IMG/VR virus record: IMGVR_UViG_3300030106_006270
Location: 31,891-95,890 of that record
Strand: one strand, 5' to 3'
Source of the DNA: a virus
DNA length: 64,000 bases
Part shown: positions 35,884 to 44,743 of the stretch, piece by piece
Layout: each line of letters starts with the position of its first letter
Position numbering within the stretch: the stretch's first letter is position 1
Position numbers and translations under genes: made by a program
Notes under the pieces: model-generated
What the model was told of the DNA's origin: nothing
What the model saw: only the letters and a program-made list of their open reading frames with translations
Databases searched by the model: none

Positions 35884-37493
35884 AACTTACTTACCAATAT
35901 ACCGTAATCTCTGAAATACAAATGGTCTATATTAGTTCTTAGAAAACAATCTAATCCATGCTCTGGCGTTTCAACTATTGGTTCTCTATCATTGAAGCTG
36001 GTATTTAATACTATGGGAACACCAGTCTTTTTCCTAAACTTATCGATAAAATTATAGTACCATTCATTATCTTCTTTTTTCACAGTCTGAAGTCTAGCAG
36101 TATAATCATGATGTAAAACCGCTGGAACTTTTTCACCCATTCCCTCTTTGAACTTAAGCGCAATGCTCATATATGGACTGTCAACATCATGTACAAACCA
36201 ATCTTTGACATAATCTCTGAGTATTGATGGTGCGAATGGTCGAAACCACTGTCTATGTTTTACCTTTTCATTTACTATATCTTTGTTTTCTTCTGACCTC
36301 GGGTCTGCTAAAATACTTCTATTACCTAACGCTCTCCTACCTGACTCAGAGCCACCACCGAAAACTGAAATGATTTTCTTTTGAGTCATTAACTCAATCA
36401 CATAATCATCGTCACAACCGATAGTTTCAATTTCATCTGCTCTATCTAATATGGCAGATTCAACCTGTTCTTCGCTGTAAGTATATCCCAAATAAGGACT
36501 CCAATTCTTTGGATTGTCATATACTCTTGGTTTATCTAAGATTTGATGCCAGACATATCGAGAAGAACCTAATGATAATCCCGCATCATATGGTATTGGG
36601 TCACAGAATATGTTGATACCAGGAAACCAATCAAACATCTTACCAACTGAAACACAATTCAAACTGACACCACCTGATAAACACAAATTCTTTGGTTTAT
36701 ACTTTTCGATGTAAGGAGTTAAATATGCTTTCATAATCTCCTCAGTTTCAGCCTGTAGTGCAGCAGCTACGTGAAAACCTTCTCTTTCGTCTCTTCTAGT
36801 CTCTTTTGCCAAAAGTCCGTGATTTTTTGGTGTTACATAGCCATCTTTCATATTTTTGAAATGTCCTCGATATTTCTCAGGATCTCCAAGTGCAGCCATA
36901 CCCATAACTGTGCCTGCTTGGTCGCCTCTTGGGTCTCCCCAAGTACCAAGTCCAAATATTTCTCTCGTAACATTAGCCCAATAGAACCCTATATTTATCT
37001 TTGTATTAGGTATCATTTTCAGTGGTTCAATTTTATTATCCTTCCCCAACCAAAAAGTTGTACAGGTATTTACTGCACTTTTACTAGTGTCTATCTCATC
37101 TTTATGGTGTAAGGAACCATCTTGATTGTCTACACCACCACCATCAATAGTCATTATTAGTGCTTCTTTGAAGTTACTACTGAAGAAAGCATTTGCTGCA
37201 TGTGCTTGATGGTGTCCTGTAACATATAATCTACCACCATTCTTCTTTACTACTTCTTCACACATCTCAAGGTCATCCATATATTTATTATCTCTAGGCC
37301 CGCCTGTTCTGTGTGTAGTCATAGAATCTATGTTGTTGACATCTTCATCATTATCTATAAAGAATTTTATCGAATTAGCAACGCAATTTTTTATTCTGTT
37401 AAATCTTTCTATTTCATTATGTACCTTTGGAACACCATCTTCTAAAACTGAGTATGAAGCATCGTGTGCACTGTGAAAACCTACTATTTTCAT
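35871..37493 (-). CDS. O-carbamoyltransferase (NodU/CmcH family)
   Basis: HDAS; HHQAHAANAF; IDGGG; GGVSLN; DAGLSLG; RALGNRSILADP; FRPFAP; LNTSFN. Confidence 0.93.
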   Translation of the reverse strand: MKIVGFHSAHDASYSVLEDGVPKVHNEIERFNRIKNCVANSIKFFIDNDEDVNNIDSMTTHRTGGPRDNKYMDDLEMCEEVVKKNGGRLYVTGHHQAHAANAFFSSNFKEALIMTIDGGGVDNQDGSLHHKDEIDTSKSAVNTCTTFWLGKDNKIEPLKMIPNTKINIGFYWANVTREIFGLGTWGDPRGDQAGTVMGMAALGDPEKYRGHFKNMKDGYVTPKNHGLLAKETRRDEREGFHVAAALQAETEEIMKAYLTPYIEKYKPKNLCLSGGVSLNCVSVGKMFDWFPGINIFCDPIPYDAGLSLGSSRYVWHQILDKPRVYDNPKNWSPYLGYTYSEEQVESAILDRADEIETIGCDDDYVIELMTQKKIISVFGGGSESGRRALGNRSILADPRSEENKDIVNEKVKHRQWFRPFAPSILRDYVKDWFVHDVDSPYMSIALKFKEGMGEKVPAVLHHDYTARLQTVKKEDNEWYYNFIDKFRKKTGVPIVLNTSFNDREPIVETPEHGLDCFLRTNIDHLYFRDYGILVSKLWRK

Positions 37494-38248
37494 TTTAAAA
37501 CCTCCTGTAAAGTCTTTCTATCTATAAATATATCACATTCTTGAATCTTGTCATATTTTAATGCTTCATCAATTATCAAATCAATATCTACTGCGAAGAA
37601 AAAAACCTCTTTTGTTATATCACTCACATCCACTCCCATAAATTTTGAAATCTTTGGTAAAAAGTATCCCAAAGCTCTACCGTGGGATACTCCGTAAATG
37701 CCTGTCATTGGGTAAGATAAAGAATGTAGTAAGTTAGTGCCTGTTATCTCTATAGCCTTTCCACCTAACCTACCAGCTCTTATTAAATCTACCACACTAC
37801 CCTTTTTTCTAAGAATATCAAGTCCTTCAATGCAATATTTTTTACTAACCTTTGTTTTGTTTTTCGAAAACATACTGTCCAAAAAATGACTAACAACATC
37901 ACAGGTTGTATCTTCTATAACCCTTTCTGGCAGATTCAAAAACTCTGAATTAATTATAACCTCTTTTGGTTTCTGTCTTTTTAAACTTTTTTTATCAGTT
38001 CCATCCCAATATACAGACCAAGAGGTTTCTGTAGCACCTGATGCTGTAGTGGGATAACAAACTATAGGTTTACTACTTAATATTTTTGCAGTATCAACAA
38101 CTGCACCACCACCAATTGCAGTCACCTTTTCATAAGAACCTACCTCTGATAATATACTGACATCAGGCGCTCCTTTAACCACTCTAACTTCATCAAAATC
38201 GCTAAGAAAATCTTTTGTAGATTCTGAACATACTAAAAGTTTACTCAA
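37490..38248 (-). CDS. Iron-containing alcohol dehydrogenase, putative phosphonoacetaldehyde reductase
   Basis: GGGAVVDTAK; PTTASG; HSLSYP...SHG; immediately after ppd. Confidence 0.8.
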   Translation of the reverse strand: MSKLLVCSESTKDFLSDFDEVRVVKGAPDVSILSEVGSYEKVTAIGGGAVVDTAKILSSKPIVCYPTTASGATETSWSVYWDGTDKKSLKRQKPKEVIINSEFLNLPERVIEDTTCDVVSHFLDSMFSKNKTKVSKKYCIEGLDILRKKGSVVDLIRAGRLGGKAIEITGTNLLHSLSYPMTGIYGVSHGRALGYFLPKISKFMGVDVSDITKEVFFFAVDIDLIIDEALKYDKIQECDIFIDRKTLQEVLK

Positions 38249-38700
38249 AATAACTCCTTAATTTGTTTGGTATTTTTTTGACAATCCAACTTAACTCTAC
38301 CTGTTTTGCCATCGTTAGTAATTTTGAATATCTTAGTAATTCCCAATAGATTCGTACCTAATGATACACACTCAAATCCACCAACGGATTCATGACACTC
38401 ATTGTCTAAGACATATACAAACAGATTTTTCAAATCCCGTTCAACTATAGTGTGTGTTATACCTAAGTGCATTAGAAGAGCGGCATCACCACTTATAACA
38501 ACTATGTCTTTATCCGTATTAGCAGCCATACCTAACCCAATACAAGGAGCTAATCCCATACTACCCTGCATATAGAATATGTTTTTGTTTTCAGGAAATA
38601 TATTGTACATAGCTCGAGAAATGTAACCAGTGCTTGTAATAAATACAGCATCTTCATGATATGATACAATCGTATCTAATACAAATTCTCTACTGTTCAT
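38245..38700 (-). CDS. ppd: Phosphonopyruvate decarboxylase, ThDP-binding (beta) subunit
   Basis: STGYISR; FYMQGSMG; GDAALLMHLG; DNECHESVGG. Confidence 0.85.
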   Translation of the reverse strand: MNSREFVLDTIVSYHEDAVFITSTGYISRAMYNIFPENKNIFYMQGSMGLAPCIGLGMAANTDKDIVVISGDAALLMHLGITHTIVERDLKNLFVYVLDNECHESVGGFECVSLGTNLLGITKIFKITNDGKTGRVKLDCQKNTKQIKELF

Positions 38701-39062
38701 ACTATAATAAAATTTTCATATCCGATTAATTCCAACATTTCTTTATCAACCCTACCCATAACCTCATGTTGTGGTAAGGTGTGTCTGTGACCAATAACTA
38801 AAAATGGATGTATATTATGTGGTATACACAAACTTGTCAAAGCATTTATACAATTACCAAGACCTGAGTTTTGTAGGTAAACACAACTTTTCGAACCAGC
38901 TAATTCTGCACCAACTGCGATACCAATAGCTTGCCCTTCATTAAGAGCTGGTATGTGATTGAAGCCTGAGTTTTCAATTTGTCTTATGAAAAATTTCAGT
39001 CTACTATCTGGCACACCAGTGAAAAAATCGTATCCGTCTGGTAAATCTGACATATCAAACAT
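38697..39062 (-). CDS. ppd: Phosphonopyruvate decarboxylase, N-terminal (alpha) subunit
   Basis: FFTGVPDS; NEGQAIGIA; YLQNSGLGN; PQHEVMG. Confidence 0.85.
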   Translation of the reverse strand: MFDMSDLPDGYDFFTGVPDSRLKFFIRQIENSGFNHIPALNEGQAIGIAVGAELAGSKSCVYLQNSGLGNCINALTSLCIPHNIHPFLVIGHRHTLPQHEVMGRVDKEMLELIGYENFIIV

Positions 39063-41460
39063 CTGGTATTAACTCCAATATGTCTTTGATTGGTAAGCAC
39101 TTAGAATCACACTCATAAGACCTTTTGTTTTTTAGAATTGTTTTAGCTGTAGAAACCATAGCTGGGTAAGAACTCCTCAGTAAATGATTAGCATAGATAA
39201 CAACATCAACACCTGCCTCTATTAATTCCTGTTCTGTTATCTGGTTATAAGTAGTTGGTACAACCACCAAAGGAACTTTTTTGTCAAACTTTCTATACAT
39301 TATACAGAAAGTAATTACTTCTTTTATATCTCTATCCTTACTGTGAATCATTATACCATCTGCACCATTATCTATGTAAATTCTAGCTCTGTCAAGTGCA
39401 TCATTGAAACCTTTTCCTAAAATCAAACTCTCTATCCTAGCAATTATCATAAAGTCTTTTGTAACTAAAGATTTTTTACCTTCTGATATTTTTTCTGCAA
39501 AATCATCAGCTTCGTCTTGTTTTTGATTTGACGTATCTTCAAATAATGAGTTTCTTTTACTACCTATTTTATCTTCAATAATTACAGCGGACACGCCCAT
39601 TCTTTCTAAAGTTCTAACTGTGTATTTAAAATGCTCAATCATCCCACCATTGTCTAAATCCACAATCATTGGTTTGGTAGTTACATCAAATATTTCACTA
39701 AGAGTTTGACTTACTGTTGTTATATCAACGTATTGATTATCTCTTTTTCCTTTAGATGTGGAATGTGTTAGACTACTCAACCACATAGCATCAAATTCAT
39801 CGTTTCCTACTTTTGTTTTCTCTACTATCAAACCAGTTAAGCCGTTATGTGTTTCTAAAACTCTAACTATAGGTTTAACTTCTAATAACCTTAACAACAT
39901 CGTTCTTCTCACATCAGGTGTAGTTCCGATTTCTTTTAAATGATTATTTATTTTTGTAGATGATATACCTTGTGTATAAGGAACATCAACAATTTCACCA
40001 TCCCACTCCTTCAACTTTTCCGAAACTTTTTGTCGTACTTGCTTTTGAACTCCTTCCAGCCAATCATCACCATGCACAACAAATTTCGGTTTGTACTTCT
40101 CCAAGTTAGGAATGTAATCTAATGTTTCTTGTGGAACAACTGTATGAACCCCAACAATACTTTTGACTATTTCATACCTCTGATTATAAGTTAATGTAGG
40201 CAATCTTTTGTAACTTGCAATTGCAGAATCAGTTAGTAATCCTACCATAACATTACCATGCTTTTTCGCTTCCCTTATTATATTTAAATGTCCGTGATGT
40301 ATTATATCAGCACACATCCCAACATAAGAAATCAATTCAGAACCATCTTCTGGCATTATACCATAATACCAGCACCAATGTCGTGAGTGCTTTAAGTGTT
40401 TTGATAAATCAGCAGCCACATTTTTTATCTTACTACCAGCTAACACATTCCTACGAACTGTGGTGTTATAACCGACATATTTTTCCTCATTTTTTGGTTT
40501 ATGATAAGACAACTGAACATATAAATCATCTTCAATTCTTTTTATAGCTGAAACGGTTGTTGAGTTGTCACTATCTTCTTTACTTCTCCCATCCTCACAT
40601 ACATAGATTCTCTCTGTATCAACCTCATCTAAAACATCATTTGGCAACCTTTCGTCTCTTACTCTATTCAGAATTGTATTTTTGAAGTCGCACATATAAA
40701 TCAAATCTTTCTTAACAGTTTTGTTAGTTATATTATCAGTAACACTACACCAACTCAACCAAGAATCTGGCGGAGACATATGGACATCAATATGATTAGG
40801 TAGTCCGTGGTCTGAAAATAACCAAAACAAGGAATTTTCTTCGGTAAAGTCTATTTTTTTAATGATATTCTTATAACTTTCAACCCAACGCTCTCTTTCA
40901 TTATCAAATTTAGCATCGTGATAATGATTATATTTCAAAAAAATAAAGTGATTCTCATCTTTGGGAAGTTCTTGCATTTTTTCAATAAAATTATACTCAT
41001 CTCCCCTTTTTTTGTATTGTGGTAAGCCACCAACAACTTTATCTTCGATGTAAGGATATATAATATAATCTCTGTTTATAGAACATATCTCATCCGGCAC
41101 AAATCTGAAATTTTCATTATCACCTCTTGTAGGACCCATAGAGTGTATGTGTATCTTCCAATCATCAGGCAGCATATTAAATATCATTTTTTTGTCTGCA
41201 ATTTGCTTTTCAAACTCTCCTTTAGATTTGTAAGTATCCTCATAAGCAATCCCCTTCATTGGATACAACTCAGAGGGTGACAAACCAGAAAACATAGAGG
41301 ATAGGGTAGTAGCAGTCCAACTGTTAGTTATAAAATCAGAACAGTGTAATCCCTTTGATTTTATAATGTCTTCCATACCGACATTTTTTCTAACCATATC
41401 AAACAGTATAGCATATATCTTCATTATAGTTTCCTTATAAAAGCCAACATAGTTGGCCAT
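39055..41460 (-). CDS. pepM: Triple fusion: alkaline-phosphatase/sulfatase-like domain + cytidylyltransferase + phosphoenolpyruvate mutase (likely start 41424)
   Basis: PepM motif EDKIGSKRNS (EDKX5NS) and IARIES; HHGH cytidylyltransferase with VHGDDW and GISST; N-terminal LFDMVR, WTATTLSSMFSG and FSDHG. Confidence 0.92.
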   Translation of the reverse strand: MANYVGFYKETIMKIYAILFDMVRKNVGMEDIIKSKGLHCSDFITNSWTATTLSSMFSGLSPSELYPMKGIAYEDTYKSKGEFEKQIADKKMIFNMLPDDWKIHIHSMGPTRGDNENFRFVPDEICSINRDYIIYPYIEDKVVGGLPQYKKRGDEYNFIEKMQELPKDENHFIFLKYNHYHDAKFDNERERWVESYKNIIKKIDFTEENSLFWLFSDHGLPNHIDVHMSPPDSWLSWCSVTDNITNKTVKKDLIYMCDFKNTILNRVRDERLPNDVLDEVDTERIYVCEDGRSKEDSDNSTTVSAIKRIEDDLYVQLSYHKPKNEEKYVGYNTTVRRNVLAGSKIKNVAADLSKHLKHSRHWCWYYGIMPEDGSELISYVGMCADIIHHGHLNIIREAKKHGNVMVGLLTDSAIASYKRLPTLTYNQRYEIVKSIVGVHTVVPQETLDYIPNLEKYKPKFVVHGDDWLEGVQKQVRQKVSEKLKEWDGEIVDVPYTQGISSTKINNHLKEIGTTPDVRRTMLLRLLEVKPIVRVLETHNGLTGLIVEKTKVGNDEFDAMWLSSLTHSTSKGKRDNQYVDITTVSQTLSEIFDVTTKPMIVDLDNGGMIEHFKYTVRTLERMGVSAVIIEDKIGSKRNSLFEDTSNQKQDEADDFAEKISEGKKSLVTKDFMIIARIESLILGKGFNDALDRARIYIDNGADGIMIHSKDRDIKEVITFCIMYRKFDKKVPLVVVPTTYNQITEQELIEAGVDVVIYANHLLRSSYPAMVSTAKTILKNKRSYECDSKCLPIKDILELIPDV

Positions 41461-42128
41461 TTGTAAGTGTAACCTTTAGGATTAGTATAAGAGTCCACTC
41501 CTATTTTAGTTCTACACCACTTGACTTGACTCTTAATGTCGGACAGTCTTTCTTTAGATATATAATTAGTTTCGGTTATAGTCTCATCGTTATTTTCCAT
41601 ACTATAAAGTAAATCAGTTGTCAATGTATCACCAGATTTTATAACTTCGTAACCATATAAATGAGACCATTCACCACTACAACTATGTAAATCTTCAATC
41701 ACATATAACCCACCTGACTTTACTTCATCCCATAAATAATTCAAAGACACCTGCATTTGTTCCATAGTGTGTCCACCATCATCTATTATCATATCAAACT
41801 CACCACCATTCTCTGATATGAACCTTTTTAAATCATCGGTATTTGACTGATCTCCTTTAAACATTACAGACCTATCTAAGTAAGGATTACCCTCTTGCAA
41901 TTTATTAAACTCATCAACACCATACTCAAAAATATCATAACCATAAACAGTAGCATTTTCAAAATACTCTAACCACATTCTATGAGACCTGCCTGTTTCC
42001 ACACCTATCTCAAGAACTTTACCAATATTATATCTATCTTCCTCTAATATATCGTGATAATGTTTTGTGTAACCCAACTCTAAAGCATCGACATCATATT
42101 TTCTAGTTAAATCTTCTAATGTAGCCAT
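41424..42128 (-). CDS. SAM-dependent sugar O-methyltransferase-like protein
   Basis: VLEIGV; GDQS; IIDDGGH; GGLYVIEDL. Confidence 0.85.
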   Translation of the reverse strand: MATLEDLTRKYDVDALELGYTKHYHDILEEDRYNIGKVLEIGVETGRSHRMWLEYFENATVYGYDIFEYGVDEFNKLQEGNPYLDRSVMFKGDQSNTDDLKRFISENGGEFDMIIDDGGHTMEQMQVSLNYLWDEVKSGGLYVIEDLHSCSGEWSHLYGYEVIKSGDTLTTDLLYSMENNDETITETNYISKERLSDIKSQVKWCRTKIGVDSYTNPKGYTYKWPTMLAFIRKL

Positions 42129-42880
42129 TATATTCTCTTTTCCAAATAATGGTCTTGAACATTGGTATGTCCAACATGTAATATAATTTCATTACCACAT
42201 CCTATGTAACCACTACCAACTCCCCACTGCTGTGGCATTGAATAAGGATGTATACCAGTATTCCAACTAGCTCTACTCATTTGAAGTGGTGCTCTTTTTG
42301 GATTTGTCTCCATCAACCTACAGAATTCACTTAACCAAGCCCTACCTCTGTTATCACTCACATCGAAACTACACCACCATAAATCATAGGTTAATAAATT
42401 ACCTTTACTTTCATCCTCATCTAAATGGTAATCTCCATCGTTACCTCTAGTGTAAATACCATCTACTTTTACCATTTGTCTTTCATTAGTTGGAACACAA
42501 ACTCCAAATTTCTTTGTTATTGGCAAAATAGTCCTTACATCTGATGATATGAACATAAGGTCTGAATCAACAGATATAGCGACATCAGCAGTTGATTCTA
42601 ATAAACCTTTAGCTTCGTAGTAATCACAACAATGCCAACCCCATCTATGATTAGCCTTTGTGAAAGGACTCTTATCTATATCAATCAATCTCACTTCAAC
42701 ATCAGGATAATTCTTACCTAACTCTTTGATATCAGTATACAATGTTAACTTGGCTTCTGGAAAGAATTTCTTTACAGAAGAATATGTTGGGTCTAATCTA
42801 TACTCATCAGTAAAACTATCTGGCTGATTAGCAGTAGACCTCAAACCAAACTCTGAAAATATAAACTCTATATTCATCAA
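42128..42880 (-). CDS. Putative GT-A glycosyl/phospho-transferase
   Basis: LYTD; VDSD DxD motif; cluster context. Confidence 0.5.
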   Translation of the reverse strand: MMNIEFIFSEFGLRSTANQPDSFTDEYRLDPTYSSVKKFFPEAKLTLYTDIKELGKNYPDVEVRLIDIDKSPFTKANHRWGWHCCDYYEAKGLLESTADVAISVDSDLMFISSDVRTILPITKKFGVCVPTNERQMVKVDGIYTRGNDGDYHLDEDESKGNLLTYDLWWCSFDVSDNRGRAWLSEFCRLMETNPKRAPLQMSRASWNTGIHPYSMPQQWGVGSGYIGCGNEIILHVGHTNVQDHYLEKRI

Positions 42881-43299
42881 CTCCTCTCCTTTACAATCTT
42901 AGCTATAGTATTAGTAGTGCTGTAGTCATGATCTCTACTATTGAATACTATATCGATTGGCAAATCATCGCCTGTAAATGGTTTTCCTTTATGGTCTGCT
43001 CCTAATATACGAACATTAATAAAGTCTACATTTTTAGATAGATACTCATATAGTGCTGGTTCACCATCGTACAGAAAAGCAGTATCTACATACTTATTTG
43101 ATTTTACCATCAACAACCTCTCTTCAGGTGTCCATATAGGTTCACTTTTAACTCTACCATCTGGTTGACTAACTTTAGTTTTGTATTCATTAACTGCTAC
43201 TATTAAATGGTCACAGTATTGTGTACATTCTTTTAACATCATAACATGACCAGGATGCATGATATCGAAGTATCCGCTAGTAAATCCTATCACTTGCAT
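42877..43299 (-). CDS. TagD/RfaE-like cytidylyltransferase
   Basis: GYFDIMHPGH; LGADH; YSTT. Confidence 0.88.
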   Translation of the reverse strand: MQVIGFTSGYFDIMHPGHVMMLKECTQYCDHLIVAVNEYKTKVSQPDGRVKSEPIWTPEERLLMVKSNKYVDTAFLYDGEPALYEYLSKNVDFINVRILGADHKGKPFTGDDLPIDIVFNSRDHDYSTTNTIAKIVKERS

Positions 43300-44057
43300 A
43301 TTTCTGTAAATGTCCTTTTAATCCAATAATTAGCATCTCTATTCATAGGGTTAGGTGGTATAGAATTGAAGTGATATACCCAACCTGCATCTAAATAGTG
43401 TAACTCATCAGTCCAATACTCTTTACCAGTCAATACCAATAAATTTTTTCTATACAAATCTTGTAGGTTATAACAACTTGGTAAATATTTTACATCTACT
43501 TTTTCTTTGTGTAACATATAATTTACTATGGTTTGGTCAGTACCACATTTCAACTCATCAATAGTCTGAATAATTTTATCGCTGTTCTCTTTGTAGTAAG
43601 ACTTCATAGCGTCAAAGAATGACTTATGATTACTATTAACAATCTGAAATCCACCGTTAATATAATTCCAAGGATGTATCCTGATACCATCGAATAACTT
43701 ATCACCAAATCCTCTGATACTCCGCAGTACCCACTCATAACAACCATCAACCCTCACACCACAGTATCTATTGTCTGTTTCATCAAAAAAATTAGGACAA
43801 TTTGGATGAACTATAGTATCAGCATCTACCATCAGTATTTGATTATATTCGATTTGATTAGCTTCAAGTATATCAAAAAGATAATACCTTTGCCAGGTAA
43901 TTTTCATATAATCCACAGGATATAATAAATCTTCCCACACTAATAATTCACAGCTATTTTTTTCACACCAATTCTTCCAACTGTTGACAGAGTATAAGTA
44001 GGAATCACTCCTACCATTACCTAAATCTATATTTGGAATAAATACTACATTTTTCAT
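43290..44057 (-). CDS. GT-A glycosyltransferase (GT8/GT34-like)
   Basis: VDAD; YINGG; DQTIVNY; YHF. Confidence 0.8.
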   Translation of the reverse strand: MKNVVFIPNIDLGNGRSDSYLYSVNSWKNWCEKNSCELLVWEDLLYPVDYMKITWQRYYLFDILEANQIEYNQILMVDADTIVHPNCPNFFDETDNRYCGVRVDGCYEWVLRSIRGFGDKLFDGIRIHPWNYINGGFQIVNSNHKSFFDAMKSYYKENSDKIIQTIDELKCGTDQTIVNYMLHKEKVDVKYLPSCYNLQDLYRKNLLVLTGKEYWTDELHYLDAGWVYHFNSIPPNPMNRDANYWIKRTFTEICK

Positions 44058-44743
44058 TTTTTTCCTACGTGGGGATTTGTATCTCTTTTGAAATATTTGT
44101 TGTCTCTTGAGTCACCATCAATGTAATTAAACTTTAAATTATTCTTCCAAGCAACATAGTTAAAACTCAATTGGTCTCTCCTGCTACCATACTTTATTTC
44201 TGTCCACCAATCTTCCATAGTTTGTATACAATCTTTTTCATTGTGTCTTCTTAGGATAACCATACCTGTAATCAAACCATTATTTGCAGGATAGCTCAGT
44301 ATTCTGTATGTCTCTAACTGATTCTGTATAACAAATGGATTGTCTTTATAATTCAACACACCCCTTTCTGGTGTGGCATTCATATTTTTTTCACCTAACT
44401 GAAATATAGTTCTAGCTTCTTCATAAGCACAGTTTCTTGAATCCAATCCATTATTATTATGACTAAAAAATGCCACATTAGCGTCACCCAAATACTTATC
44501 AATCAACTCATTAAGATTCTTATCATTCACATACATATTACCATCAATAAAAATACTATACTCATAGTCTTTGAGATACCGATGTGGTAGAATCTTAAAT
44601 CTCTTAGCATTTCTTGTATTATCTTGGTAGATAGGTAGACTATTCTCCTCACTGAAACATTTCCAATCCCAACCTTCAATTTTCTGTGGATTGACATTAT
44701 CGTATCCACCAAATATAGATGTGTAAATTATACTGTTTGACAT
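44054..44743 (-). CDS. DUF616 (TOD1/MUCI70-like) glycosyltransferase-related protein
   Basis: YTSIFGGYD; KILPHRYL; IFIDGN; SRRDQLSFNYV. Confidence 0.85.
   Translation of the reverse strand: MSNSIIYTSIFGGYDNVNPQKIEGWDWKCFSEENSLPIYQDNTRNAKRFKILPHRYLKDYEYSIFIDGNMYVNDKNLNELIDKYLGDANVAFFSHNNNGLDSRNCAYEEARTIFQLGEKNMNATPERGVLNYKDNPFVIQNQLETYRILSYPANNGLITGMVILRRHNEKDCIQTMEDWWTEIKYGSRRDQLSFNYVAWKNNLKFNYIDGDSRDNKYFKRDTNPHVGKK

Noticed and set aside
9787-44712. Alternative-frame minus-strand ORFs (9787-10083, 11010-11258, 44527-44712)
   Set aside because: They are nested out of frame inside better-supported genes.
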